A stretch of DNA of 64,000 nt from Thermodesulfovibrionia bacterium. GTDB lineage: Bacteria; Nitrospirota; Thermodesulfovibrionia; UBA6902. Numbering within the stretch: the stretch's first letter is position 1; each line of letters begins with the position of its first letter. A program made the translations under genes and the position numbers. The stretch lies in the NCBI GenBank assembly GCA_030646035.1, contig JAUSMY010000046.1, forward strand, positions 73,072 through 137,071, read 5' to 3'. Below the pieces are notes generated by a model. It saw nothing but the letters and a program-made list of their open reading frames with translations, did no database searches and was not told the origin of the DNA. Below, in pieces: positions 1 through 9,309 of this stretch.

Positions 1-168
1 CCGTTTGAAGCGGTGAACAAGACAAAAAGGCGCAAGATAGCAAATGTCGCGCTTCTTTACCTGAAGAAGCTTAAAGAGACCCCGCCGTGCAGGTTTGACA
101 TTGTCAGCATCTGCTATGAGAATATGAAGCCTGAGATCGAGCTTATCAGGGATGCGTTTGAAGTTTAG
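1..168 (+). CDS. YraN-like (UPF0102) putative endonuclease, C-terminal fragment; the 5' end lies outside the window
   Basis: Frame 1 runs from base 1 to TAG at 166-168 and reads ...[55 protein letters not shown]. The fragment resembles the C-terminus of the YraN family and immediately precedes the tRNAs. Confidence 0.45.
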   Translation, partial: PFEAVNKTKRRKIANVALLYLKKLKETPPCRFDIVSICYENMKPEIELIRDAFEV

Positions 169-215
169 TATCTCCCTTAGAATTTCTTCCTGCGTATATG
201 GTATTATTTCTGTCA

Positions 216-292
216 CGGGGCGTAGCGCAGCCTGGTAGCGCGCACGGTTCGGGACCGTGAGGCCGGAGGTTCGAATCCTCTCGCCCCGACCA
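216..292 (+). tRNA. tRNA-Pro (anticodon CGG)
   Basis: A cloverleaf can be drawn by hand. The acceptor stem is CGGGGCG/CGCCCCG. The D-arm is GCGC...GCGC. The anticodon stem is CACGG/CCGTG with loop TTCGGGA, giving anticodon CGG. The T-arm is GGAGGTTCGAATCCTC with the GTTCGAATC T-loop. A discriminator A and 3' CCA are encoded. Confidence 0.9.
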
Positions 293-313
293 TTAATAGT
301 ATGTTTTATGGCA

Positions 314-390
314 GCCCCCTTAGCTCAGTCGGATAGAGCACAGGTTTCCTAAACCTGGTGTCGCAAGTTCGATTCTTGCAGGGGGCACCA
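314..390 (+). tRNA. tRNA-Arg (anticodon CCT)
   Basis: The acceptor stem is GCCCCCT/AGGGGGC. The D-loop is AGCTCAGTCGGATAGAGC. The anticodon stem is CAGGT/ACCTG with loop TTCCTAA, giving anticodon CCT. The T-arm is GCAAGTTCGATTCTTGC, and CCA is encoded. Confidence 0.9.
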
Positions 391-568
391 TATTTTTTCA
401 GGTTTTAACCATGTCATCTGCCCTTCTTCATACACCTCTCTGCTTGCCAATATTCATAAAAAATGTATTGACAAATTTATCATTTGTTTACATTGTGTCT
501 TATGATATGGCACTATTAACAAGCCCAGATAGAGGCTAATAAATATTTAATCACAATAGGAGGATGTT

Positions 569-823
569 ATGAAAAACATGATACTTTGTTTGTCTTTGCT
601 GTTCGCAGTGGTTGGCTGTGCTACAACTGGAAATGGAGCAAAATGGAGCTGCCGTGCCGAAGGACTTGCGGATTACAGATACAACGGTGCAGGGCGTGCA
701 TATATCCATCTTCAAAGCTATTCAAGTGGACATGATTACAAAGTTATGCTTAATGCACAGGGAACAGAGGCTACAGGTAACACTCAAGATGGAACACCAT
801 TTTCTTGTATTAAGGAAAAATAA
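569..823 (+). CDS. small lipoprotein (84 aa) of unknown function
   Basis: An AGGAGG RBS lies at 559-564. The N-terminus MKNMILCLSLLFAVVGC has a lipobox with Cys, consistent with a signal-peptidase II substrate. Confidence 0.6.
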   Translation: MKNMILCLSLLFAVVGCATTGNGAKWSCRAEGLADYRYNGAGRAYIHLQSYSSGHDYKVMLNAQGTEATGNTQDGTPFSCIKEK

Positions 824-942
824 TACATCAATTAATGGTTTTTATTTGCATTTTAACCATATATAAATCATAACGTTCGCCGGTATGGCAACATTAACAA
901 GCACATAAATCGTAAACATCTTAATTTTTCACAGGAGGCTAA

Positions 943-1140
943 ATGTCTATCAAGAAGAAAGTAGCTAAAGTAGCAAAGGCAGTTGAGAAGAAAACGGCTA
1001 AGGCAGTTAAGGCAACTGAGAAGAAGGTGGCTAAAGTGGCAAAGGTAGTTGAGAAGAAAACAGCTAAGGTAGTGAAGGTAGCTGAGAAGAAAGTAGCGAA
1101 AGCAGTTAAGGTAGTTAAAAAGCAGCTAAAAAGAAAGTAG
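943..1140 (+). CDS. Lys/Ala-rich tandem-repeat basic protein (histone H1/Hc1-like nucleoid protein candidate)
   Basis: The RBS is ggaggctaaATG. The protein is a near-perfect 22-aa (66-nt) repeat, KKVAKVAKAVEKKTAKAVKATE repeated about three times. It is extremely basic with low complexity. Confidence 0.55.
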   Translation: MSIKKKVAKVAKAVEKKTAKAVKATEKKVAKVAKVVEKKTAKVVKVAEKKVAKAVKVVKKQLKRK

Positions 1141-1165
1141 TCTGGGCAGCACATAGGAGGAAGAT

Positions 1166-1369
1166 ATGGGCGTCTGGGAGAATTTAAAGATGGCGAAGAG
1201 GTCTTCTACGGATCGTTTGATCGGCGGCGTGTGCGGAGGATTGGGTGAAGCGACACCAATCCCATCCTGGATGTGGAGAGCCGGGTTTTTATTCTCTATG
1301 CTGGCTTTCGGTGCTGGATTATTGCTGTATGTGGTGTTGTGGATCTGTATGCCCGGGGACAAGAAGTAA
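1166..1369 (+). CDS. pspC: PspC-domain (phage shock protein C-like) small membrane protein
   Basis: An aggagga RBS is present. The RSSTDRLIGGVCGGLGE motif is followed by a single TM helix, which is typical of the PspC domain. Confidence 0.75.
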   Translation: MGVWENLKMAKRSSTDRLIGGVCGGLGEATPIPSWMWRAGFLFSMLAFGAGLLLYVVLWICMPGDKK

Positions 1370-1438
1370 TTTAACTTCTGTCCAAGTAGATAGCCCTTCA
1401 ATGAAAATGTTAAGCTTATCGCAAGGAAATATAATCCA

Positions 1439-1672
1439 ATGTCTTTTGATATCGATAAAATATTTTTTGAGCGGGCTTTTGAATGTCCGCATGATTTCAT
1501 GTGTGAGGATTCCGAAGATCCCTGCCTCTGTGTTATTGATAAACCTCGTTCCGGTTTTCTTCATATTGCCCGAAGAACGCTGGAGGAATGCCCATATATG
1601 AAAACAATGGGTGACGGCCTCATTTGTACCTGTCCTGTAAGAGTTGAAATTTATCGAGTCTATCATAAATAA
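1439..1672 (+). CDS. Cys-rich small protein (77 aa), paralog A
   Basis: It contains seven cysteines in the pattern C-x-HDF-x-C...C-x-C-x-ID...CPY...C-x-CP-x-R-x-E, shared with the neighbouring 1785-2030 ORF. Confidence 0.5.
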   Translation: MSFDIDKIFFERAFECPHDFMCEDSEDPCLCVIDKPRSGFLHIARRTLEECPYMKTMGDGLICTCPVRVEIYRVYHK

Positions 1673-1784
1673 AAGATACTTCTCAGCCTTTTTTATTATC
1701 CAATTATAATTCTCAATACCGCCCCGGCATTTTCTTCTTGTATTTTTTGTAGAAATTTCATACTGTTTACTTATAGGAGCAACA

Positions 1785-2030
1785 ATGCGTTATCCGATAA
1801 GTGAAGAAACAGTCAGGAAAACAAAAAAATGTGACCATGATTTTGCTTGTTTAGACGGTAATTTTGAAAACTGTTCCTGCTCTATAGACCGTTATTTATT
1901 AGGGAACGGCATTTTTCTTAAGGAAAATGAGGCGCTTAAACAGCATTGCCCATACATCCTCTGTTATGGATCTTCTTTCAGCTGTCATTGCCCGACAAGG
2001 ATCGAACTTCTTCAGAAACATAGAGTTTAG
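1785..2030 (+). CDS. Cys-rich small protein (81 aa), paralog B
   Basis: It has its own RBS, aggagcaacaATG, and eight cysteines with spacing collinear to paralog A (CDHDFAC...CSCSID...CPY...CHCPTRIE). A hairpin CCCCTCTtgatAGAGGGG at 2077-2094 follows. Confidence 0.5.
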   Translation: MRYPISEETVRKTKKCDHDFACLDGNFENCSCSIDRYLLGNGIFLKENEALKQHCPYILCYGSSFSCHCPTRIELLQKHRV

Positions 2031-2197
2031 TTCTATAACATAACTTTCTAAGTCCTCTTGATACACACCCCTGCACCCCTCTTGATAGAGGGGAAAAAGA
2101 TAATCAGTCAAAAAAAGAATTAAAACGATGAAGGGCGTATAATAGATAAGCAAAAAAGTTTTCATCAGTAAAAAATACATTCTAAAAGGATGGGTAG

Positions 2198-2593
2198 ATG
2201 AAAAATCAAAGCTATATGGCAAAAAAGGTTCAGATGGATGAAAAGATGAAAGCAGTAGGCCTTGTTTCCAAATGTTTTCCTGATGTTTTGGATATTGTGA
2301 TCCATATGACGTATGACCGGAAGACATCGAGTTCTTTTTCTCTTGAACGCACTCTTAATTTTTCTCAATCCAGTTATGCCTATTTTGATATAAACTGCAT
2401 TATTAAGGATTGTGTTTATGGAAATCTTAACCTGACCCCATTGATCAGTTCTATGGTTAAAGAACATAAAAAGAACGGAACTGGCAGGGAAGTATTCAAG
2501 GTAAGTAAAGATTCATATATCTCAGGCGATGTCGGGATCTCCTATAAGATAAATATCAAGTACAATAATAAAGTTAAGCACTCATCACATTAG
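2198..2593 (+). CDS. hypothetical protein (131 aa)
   Basis: This is a long ORF with a weak RBS and no recognisable motifs. Confidence 0.3.
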   Translation: MKNQSYMAKKVQMDEKMKAVGLVSKCFPDVLDIVIHMTYDRKTSSSFSLERTLNFSQSSYAYFDINCIIKDCVYGNLNLTPLISSMVKEHKKNGTGREVFKVSKDSYISGDVGISYKINIKYNNKVKHSSH

Positions 2594-2679
2594 CTGTTCC
2601 GCAGTGAAATTTACATATTTAGTTTGACGGTTTCATTTAACTTTTTTAAATATTTTCTGGATTAAAAGGAGAGGCGACT

Positions 2680-2859
2680 ATGGCGGTACGCGCGGGCATG
2701 TATGGTGCCAATAAGAGGAGAAAAGAACTGGATCGGAAGAAAAAGCAGGATGAGAAGAGACTGAAACGGAAGAGCAGCGTTAAAGATTCTCCCCAGGAAA
2801 CTGAAGGAGCAGCCGCTATTAATATTGAATCAGAATCCTTAAAGGATCCATTAGATTAA
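2680..2859 (+). CDS. small highly basic hypothetical protein (59 aa), absent from the ORF track
   Basis: The RBS is aaaggagaggcgactATG. The ORF reads MAVRAGMYGANKRRKELDRKKKQDEKRLKRKSSVKDSPQETEGAAAINIESESLKDPLD* and ends right before a strong terminator. Confidence 0.35.
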   Translation: MAVRAGMYGANKRRKELDRKKKQDEKRLKRKSSVKDSPQETEGAAAINIESESLKDPLD

Positions 2860-2870
2860 GAATAAAAAAA

Positions 2871-2902
2871 AGACTCAATGACCGAATGTCATTGAGTCTT
2901 TT
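2871..2902. terminator. bidirectional Rho-independent terminator
   Basis: The hairpin AGACTCAATGAC-cgaat-GTCATTGAGTCT has a perfect 12-bp stem. It is flanked by an A8 run upstream and TTTT downstream. It sits between convergent genes (2680-2859 on the plus strand, ctpA on the minus strand). Confidence 0.7.
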
Positions 2903-2927
2903 GCGGTGTTTAACTTGATGCGTATTG

Positions 2928-4274
2928 CTATGATGCCTTTTTCAAGTCTTTAAATACCTGCCATCCCTTAAGAAGGTCAACCGCACGCTGAAGCTGAATA
3001 TCTTCAGCTTTTTCATCTTTAACAACTGCTTCAGGAGCGTCTTCTTCGGTAATGACTGGATTGTCTGCTGCTTCATCTTTCTTCACTTCTTTGTCTTTAG
3101 TTTTTATTAAATCGTTTTCAAGGTGCCTTGCAAGGTCCTTTTCTCTTACAATAGGGTGGGTACCTGATCCGTTCTCAGACTTTACTGCGATATCAGGCTC
3201 AATACCTGTGGTCTGGATCGACCTGTCCTTGGGTGTGTAATAACGAGCGGTTGTCAGCCTAAGGCCTGAACCGTCACTTAGTTCCATAACAGTCTGCACT
3301 GAACCCTTTCCGAATGTCTTGGTACCCAGGATTACGGCACGTCCCCAGTCTTGCAGAGCGCCTGCAACTATCTCGGAAGCGCTGGCGCTTCCTTCGTTAA
3401 CGAGTACTATCATTGGATAGTCATAAGGTTTATTGCCGTTTTTAGTTTTGTATTCAGTCTTTTCTCCGACCCTTCCCTTAATATAGACGACAAGCTTGTT
3501 TGCCGGGAGGAACTTGCTTGATACATCAACTGCGCTGTTAAGAAGTCCGCCGGGGTTATTTCTCAGGTCAAGAACAAGCCCGGTGATGCCTTTAGTCTTG
3601 GATATTTCCACTAAAGCAGTCTCAAGGTCAGCAGCTGACTGCTCCTGAAACTGCATGAGCCTTACATATCCTATTTCATTATCTATTATTTTATGCTTCA
3701 CGCTCTTTGTCTTTATTATGTCTCTTATGATGGTGAAATCTATCGGTTTATCAAGGCCGGCTCTGACTATTGTAATAGTTACAGAGGTGCCTTTCTCTCC
3801 CCTGAGCTTATTAACTGCTTCCATAAGTGTCAGGTCTTTTGTAGTCTCATTATTTATCTTTATAATAAAGTCGCCTGCCTTGACTCCTGCGACAAAGGCC
3901 GGGGTGTCCTCAATAGGTGCTATAACGGTAAGCATATTGTCTTTCATGCCGATCTGTATGCCGAGCCCTCCGAACTCTCCCTTGGTCTCTATCTGCATCT
4001 CATGATAGGAATCAGGGGTCATGAAGGATGAGTGCGGGTCAAGGGAACTCAGCATTCCTCTTATAGCGCCGTATACCAGTTCCTTGTCATCTACTTCTTC
4101 AACATAATTCTGTTTTACAAGCGACAGCACCTCTACAAAGGTCTTGATCCTTTTATATGCTTCCCCCTCATAAGCGCTCACAGTTTCAACAGCCCCCCAT
4201 TTGCTCAGCACAAGAGGCGTCATCATTAGAAGAAGTATAAGTGCCCACCAGAAATAAGATTTATTTTTCAGCAT
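2928..4274 (-). CDS. ctpA: C-terminal processing peptidase (S41 family, PDZ-containing)
   Basis: The protein is 448 aa with an N-terminal TM or signal sequence, a PDZ region, and the S41 signature ...IVLVNEGSASASEIVAGALQD... Confidence 0.9.
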   Translation of the reverse strand: MLKNKSYFWWALILLLMMTPLVLSKWGAVETVSAYEGEAYKRIKTFVEVLSLVKQNYVEEVDDKELVYGAIRGMLSSLDPHSSFMTPDSYHEMQIETKGEFGGLGIQIGMKDNMLTVIAPIEDTPAFVAGVKAGDFIIKINNETTKDLTLMEAVNKLRGEKGTSVTITIVRAGLDKPIDFTIIRDIIKTKSVKHKIIDNEIGYVRLMQFQEQSAADLETALVEISKTKGITGLVLDLRNNPGGLLNSAVDVSSKFLPANKLVVYIKGRVGEKTEYKTKNGNKPYDYPMIVLVNEGSASASEIVAGALQDWGRAVILGTKTFGKGSVQTVMELSDGSGLRLTTARYYTPKDRSIQTTGIEPDIAVKSENGSGTHPIVREKDLARHLENDLIKTKDKEVKKDEAADNPVITEEDAPEAVVKDEKAEDIQLQRAVDLLKGWQVFKDLKKAS

Positions 4275-4301
4275 TTCCCCTCATAATTACATTAAATGAT
4301 T

Positions 4302-5480
4302 TTATTTTTTTGAAGTCTTATCAATTCGGTTTTTCATCAGCCAATTAACTGGGTCAACAGGCTTTCCTTTATCTCTAATCTCAAAATAAAGAGTGGGAAT
4401 TCCCAGTGACTTTGACATGCCTGCTTTACCAATGACTGAACCCTTTTTTATTATAGCACCTGTTTCATGAAAAATCTCTGACAGCTGCCCGTAGAGAGAG
4501 TGATATCCTCCGCCGTGATCAATAATTACCAGCAGCCCATACCCCTTGAACTTGTCAGCGAATACTATCTTGCCGCCCATTATCGCCTCTACCGGACTCC
4601 CCAGGCTTGTCTTGATCTCCACCCCGTTCTTATAAACAGGGATCTTAAGCTCAGGGTCGATGTATTTGCCAAAAGGAAGAACAATACTGCCGTTTACAGG
4701 CCACGGGAGTCTGCCTTTCATGGAGCTGAAGCCTTTATCTACAGAAGGCTTTGAACTTCCCATTCTTGAAATTCTCTTCATCATTGCTCGCAGCCTCTTT
4801 GATGCCTTTGTCAGCTCCTCAAGCTCTTTTTCGTAATTGCTGCGCCTCTCTTTCACTGATGTGAGCAGGCTGTTTTTTTTGCGTTTCTGCGCCTCTAATT
4901 CTTTCGTCTTTTTACTAAGAATCTTCCTGTCTGACTCAAGGCTGTTCTTAAGGGTCTCAAGCTCCTGTTTGTTAACGTCAAGCTTAACAAGGCCGGCTCT
5001 GATATCTTCGATCAATCTTCGGTCGTACCCGGCAATATATTCCAGATATTTTCTTTTTCTTCCAAAGTCCTGATAGTCTGCCGCAGATACAAAAAACAAT
5101 GCTATTTCATTTTGCCTGAACTTATATATTGTTCTAAGGCGTTCATAAAGATACTCCTTCCTCTTTGCCAGGCCGGCCTGCAGTGAACCGGTGCTTTGAT
5201 TAACAGAATCTATATTGGCTGATTTTTCAGATATCATCTGATTGTATTTACGGATATCATCGGCATTCTTTTTTATTGAGAAGCCTATCGTCTTGAGATT
5301 TGTGGCCAATGACTTTTCTTCCGCTTTGGTCTTTTTAACCTTTTCTTTTCTTTCTTCAATTTTTTTGCTGATATCGGTAAGTTCTTTTTCAGGGGCTGCT
5401 GCATGAAGAAGTGAAAAACAGAAGGCCAACAGTGAGATAGAAACTATAAGAAGGAATGTCTTTGCTTCTCTTATTCCCAT
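4302..5480 (-). CDS. EnvC-like coiled-coil protein with a degenerate LytM/M23 domain (murein hydrolase activator type)
   Basis: The protein has a signal peptide, a long coiled coil and a C-terminal M23 domain (IDHGGGYHSLYG...). The HxH metal site is degenerate (TLYFEIR instead of HLHFEIR), as in the non-catalytic amidase activator EnvC. The gene lies directly downstream of ftsX. Confidence 0.8.
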   Translation of the reverse strand: MGIREAKTFLLIVSISLLAFCFSLLHAAAPEKELTDISKKIEERKEKVKKTKAEEKSLATNLKTIGFSIKKNADDIRKYNQMISEKSANIDSVNQSTGSLQAGLAKRKEYLYERLRTIYKFRQNEIALFFVSAADYQDFGRKRKYLEYIAGYDRRLIEDIRAGLVKLDVNKQELETLKNSLESDRKILSKKTKELEAQKRKKNSLLTSVKERRSNYEKELEELTKASKRLRAMMKRISRMGSSKPSVDKGFSSMKGRLPWPVNGSIVLPFGKYIDPELKIPVYKNGVEIKTSLGSPVEAIMGGKIVFADKFKGYGLLVIIDHGGGYHSLYGQLSEIFHETGAIIKKGSVIGKAGMSKSLGIPTLYFEIRDKGKPVDPVNWLMKNRIDKTSKK

Positions 5481-5483
5481 TTG

Positions 5484-6368
5484 TCAGTATTTAATCTTTT
5501 CGACCGCAATGAAACTGCCTGTAAGGCTTAGCAATGCACCGGCAATGGGGCCAAACAATAACATATCTAAAGGCAGATGGAAGAGGGATGCCCCTATTTC
5601 CGGCAAAAGTTCAATTAATTTTGAGGTAATTAAAGGATAGGAAAACAAGATGACAGATGAGCAGACAGCGCCTCCGAGCGCTCCTATGACAATGCCTTCG
5701 ATCAGAAACGTCAGCCTTATAGACCCTCTTGTTGCGCCAAGCGTCTTCAGGTTATTGACCTCTTCCTCTCTTCTGGAAAAGAGTATCTTTATTGTACTGA
5801 ATGATATAAAGATGACCGCGGTCAATAATGCTGAGCCGATTATCAATGCAAATGCCCTTAATGCCCTGGTGATCCTGATAAAGGATGTGAGCCATTTTTC
5901 TCCTGACTGAACATCATCCACGCCGGGGATTTGAAGTATTGCAGCTGCTTTTCGTTTAACAAAGGCAGGGTTTAACGCCATACGTTTCAGTTTAAGCTCA
6001 AAAGAGGAGGGCAGCGGATTGCTGTCAACAGATTCAAGGAGTGAGTTGTCCGTGCCCAGGGCCTTCTGCAGCTCTGCTAAGGCATCTTCCTTTGATATAT
6101 ACTTTACACTTGATATGTCGCTGTCTTGCCGGAACAATGTTTTGATCGCCTCTTCTTCATCTTTGCCGATGCCTTCATCCATATAGACAATAATGCGGAA
6201 ATCATTAAACCATTTGTTGATAAATGATTCGATGTTGGCTGTTAATATAAGGAATGCGGCGAGTATCAGCATAACCGTGCTTATTGAGAGAGCGGCAAGG
6301 AGGTTTATCCACTTTTCACGCCAGAGATTCTGAAGAGCGGTATCATATGGATTCAGCAGCGTCCTCAT
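5484..6368 (-). CDS. ftsX: cell-division ABC transporter permease FtsX
   Basis: The protein is 294 aa with an N-terminal TM, a periplasmic domain and three C-terminal TMs. It has the FtsX architecture, and no ftsE is adjacent. Confidence 0.8.
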   Translation of the reverse strand: MRTLLNPYDTALQNLWREKWINLLAALSISTVMLILAAFLILTANIESFINKWFNDFRIIVYMDEGIGKDEEEAIKTLFRQDSDISSVKYISKEDALAELQKALGTDNSLLESVDSNPLPSSFELKLKRMALNPAFVKRKAAAILQIPGVDDVQSGEKWLTSFIRITRALRAFALIIGSALLTAVIFISFSTIKILFSRREEEVNNLKTLGATRGSIRLTFLIEGIVIGALGGAVCSSVILFSYPLITSKLIELLPEIGASLFHLPLDMLLFGPIAGALLSLTGSFIAVEKIKY

Positions 6369-6444
6369 ACAGTTATAGTGAATGATATATCAGTGAGTAC
6401 AGCTTCTTTGCCGAAATATTTTGAAACGTTCGAGAAACGGATCA

Positions 6445-7389
6445 TTATCCCAGATACGTCTTTACTGTTTCGACGATCTTTTCAACTGTAAGGCCATGGT
6501 ACGTAAGGAGTTCTGAAGGAAGTCCTGAACATCCGAATGTATCCTGGATACCTATGCGTTTAACTGTTACAGGATGATTTTCCGAAATGAACTCAGCAAC
6601 AGCGCCGCCCAGCCCTCCGATAACAGAATGCTCTTCCGCTGTAACAATTATTTTAGAGCTCTTTGCGGCCTCAAGAAGTACAGCCGCATCAAGAGGTTTG
6701 ATCGTTGACATATTGATGACACCTGCATCTATTCCGTCTTTCCTTAGAATGTCAGCCGCCTTGAGCGCAAGGTCGACCATGATGCCGCAGGCTATAATAT
6801 TTGCATCTTTTCCCATATGAAAGACATATGCCTTGCCGAGAGTGAAGCTGTAATCATCAGGCATCACATACGGCACATTGGACCTGCCGAGCCTTACATA
6901 GACAGGCCCTTTCATGGCTGCTACGGCGTTAATCGCTGAGGTGGTCTCTGCGGCATCCGCAGGAACTACAACGTTCATATTGGGAAGCGCCCTCATAATG
7001 GCAATATCCTCAAGCGCCTGATGTGATGCGCCGTCCTCTCCTACGGTAATGCCTCCATGAGTTGCGACGATCTTTACGTTTGTGCGTGAATAACATAGTG
7101 TAAGCCTTATCTGGTCCCAAGCCCGTCCTGTTGCAAAGACTGCAAATGTTGAAGCAAAGGGAACCTTACCGGTAAGGGAGAGGCCTGCGGCAGTCCCTAT
7201 CATATCCTGCTCGGCTATACCCATGTTAAAGAACCTTTCAGGGAATTCTTTAGCAAACTTGTTTGTTTTTGTAGAACCCGAGAGGTCTGCGTCAAGTGCG
7301 ACTATGTCAGTCCTTTTTCTTCCAAGCTCCAGAAGCGCTTCGCCGTATGCATCTCTCGTTGCCTTAGGTTTTTTTATGGTATCAGACAT
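6445..7389 (-). CDS. transketolase, C-terminal (pyrimidine-binding) subunit of a split transketolase
   Basis: The 314-aa protein matches the transketolase Pyr and C-terminal domains. It overlaps the N-terminal subunit gene by 8 nt. Confidence 0.9.
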   Translation of the reverse strand: MSDTIKKPKATRDAYGEALLELGRKRTDIVALDADLSGSTKTNKFAKEFPERFFNMGIAEQDMIGTAAGLSLTGKVPFASTFAVFATGRAWDQIRLTLCYSRTNVKIVATHGGITVGEDGASHQALEDIAIMRALPNMNVVVPADAAETTSAINAVAAMKGPVYVRLGRSNVPYVMPDDYSFTLGKAYVFHMGKDANIIACGIMVDLALKAADILRKDGIDAGVINMSTIKPLDAAVLLEAAKSSKIIVTAEEHSVIGGLGGAVAEFISENHPVTVKRIGIQDTFGCSGLPSELLTYHGLTVEKIVETVKTYLG

Positions 7390-8230
7390 TGTTTATCTCC
7401 TTAATTGCTTTATCTAATTGCTCAACAGACGGGGTAGTGCCGTGGTACTCGACCTTGCCTTCAAAGAATGACACGCCTTTGCCCTTAACCGTATTGGCGA
7501 TGATCATTGTGGGTTTTCCCCTGGTCTTCTCTGCTTCATTAAGAGCGCCGAGTATCGCTTTTATGTCATGCCCATCGATATTAATGACATGCCAGCCGAA
7601 AGCAGCCCACTTGTCAGTAAGCGGTTCAATCCCCATTACCTTCTCAACAGGACCGTCGATCTGGAGGCCGTTCCTGTCAATGACCGCACACAGATTGTCG
7701 AGGTGATAATGTGCGGATGTCATGGCAGCTTCCCATACCTGGCCTTCCTGTACCTCGCCGTCACCCATAATGCAGTAGATCCTTGCCGGATTTTTATCCA
7801 GCTTCAGTCCCAGCGCCATGCCATTGGAGACAGAAAGCCCCTGGCCGAGAGAACCGGTGGATACCTCAACTCCTGCGAGGCTCTTGCAGCATGGGTGTCC
7901 CTGAAGCGGAGACTCGATCTTCCTCAGGTCATCGAGGATATCTTTTGAAAAGTACCCTGCCTTTGCAAGGACGGCGTACAGCAATGGTGCTGCGTGGCCC
8001 TTGGACATTATGAACCTGTCTCTCTCATTCCATAAAGGATCATGAGGGTTGAATCTCATTTTTGAGAAATATATTGCAACCGCAATATCAGTAGCAGAGA
8101 GTGACCCGCCGGTATGGCCTGAGCCGGCAGATGTGAGCATCTTCAGTATATCGATACGCACCTCTCTGGCGATATTGTCAAGCTTGTTTACATCGGTTAT
8201 CTGTCCGGTTAAGTTCATTAAATCCTCCAA
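7382..8230 (-). CDS. transketolase, N-terminal (TPP-binding) subunit
   Basis: The 282-aa protein carries the GSGHTGGSLS and GDGEVQEG thiamine-diphosphate-binding motifs. Confidence 0.9.
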   Translation of the reverse strand: MEDLMNLTGQITDVNKLDNIAREVRIDILKMLTSAGSGHTGGSLSATDIAVAIYFSKMRFNPHDPLWNERDRFIMSKGHAAPLLYAVLAKAGYFSKDILDDLRKIESPLQGHPCCKSLAGVEVSTGSLGQGLSVSNGMALGLKLDKNPARIYCIMGDGEVQEGQVWEAAMTSAHYHLDNLCAVIDRNGLQIDGPVEKVMGIEPLTDKWAAFGWHVINIDGHDIKAILGALNEAEKTRGKPTMIIANTVKGKGVSFFEGKVEYHGTTPSVEQLDKAIKEINNV

Positions 8231-8499
8231 ATTGTCGGAAATGGTATTTGATAAAATTAAATCAATTTATTCTGAAGGGGTCTAAAAAATACGTGAAATT
8301 ATAATCTTTCAGCACAAACATAAGCAACAGATTAATCGGGTTAATAGAATGGCTGGGGCAGATTCAGCATAACATTGGCTTAACCCGTTAAAAATGTGCT
8401 TGTATTTATTCCATATGAAAATATTTATCAGACAGTGTAAAATATCAATACTAACCAATCAGTTTCTTTGAAAAAACAATAATACAACCGAAAACGATA

Positions 8500-9171
8500 T
8501 TGATGAAAAAAATAGTTATCAGTTTAATTGCTTTTGTTTTTCTTTTGTATGGATGCGCGACTTCACCGGTAAAAGAGATGCCAGTGCCGGAGGGCGGTGC
8601 TGCCAGAAAGTCACCGATACCGCAGGAGGAGCAGGAGACAAAGTCTATTAATGTTTTTCGTGAACTGCTTGATATGTCAGCATCGGCAGATGACAGGGAT
8701 GATGTGCTTCTTGAGATGCAGAAGAAGTATCTTGAGATCATAAATAATTATCCGGATGCGCCGCTTGCTCAGGAAAGTTATTACAGGCTGATCAATATTT
8801 TATTAACTGATTACTACCCGCCTGAATTTGTAAAGGCTGAGTCGCATTATAATGATTTTTTAAAAAGATATCCCAGATCAAAATTTAAATATCTGATTGA
8901 TACAACATTAGGCACGTATTACCTTAAAAGCGGGCAGTGGGAAAAACTTTCAGTGTTGGCCAGAGATGCATTCGATGATTACTCCAAGTCCGGTTCTGCA
9001 GGAAGCCCGACACTCTTATTTATGTATGCAGAATCAAACTACAATCTTAACAATTTAAAAGAAGCTGAAGCCGGGTATAATGCCGTTATCAGGCTGTTTC
9101 CTAATTTCGGTGACGGTATTACCTCTAAAGCAAGGCTGGAAGAAATGAAATCCAGAAAAAATCGGCCATAA
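8500..9171 (+). CDS. lipoprotein, TPR-like helical repeats
   Basis: The N-terminus MMKKIVISLIAFVFLLYGC has a lipobox. The protein is rich in Tyr and Leu in a helical-repeat pattern. The true start may be 8503. Confidence 0.55.
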   Translation: MMKKIVISLIAFVFLLYGCATSPVKEMPVPEGGAARKSPIPQEEQETKSINVFRELLDMSASADDRDDVLLEMQKKYLEIINNYPDAPLAQESYYRLINILLTDYYPPEFVKAESHYNDFLKRYPRSKFKYLIDTTLGTYYLKSGQWEKLSVLARDAFDDYSKSGSAGSPTLLFMYAESNYNLNNLKEAEAGYNAVIRLFPNFGDGITSKARLEEMKSRKNRP

Positions 9172-9309
9172 TTTCAATTTATTGTCATTAGTGTGTGAAA
9201 ACACCCATGTGGGGGCTATTTAAGACTTTTTCTGATATGCTTGTTGAGTTTAACTTGTTGTTTTTATTAGGTTATCCTTTTTGGTATCATTTTTGCTTTA
9301 TTATATTAC

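Noticed and set aside
467-506. Sigma-70-like promoter (TTGACA at 468-473) upstream of the small lipoprotein gene
   Set aside because: There is a good -35 hexamer but no convincing -10 hexamer at 16-18 bp spacing (cattgt or attgtg). This is too weak to call.
8334-8392. Inverted repeat CGGGTTAA...TTAACCCG in the divergent region between the transketolase and lipoprotein genes
   Set aside because: The stem is 8 bp and the loop is about 40 nt, with no T-tract. It could be a protein-binding site but is indistinguishable from chance without comparative data.
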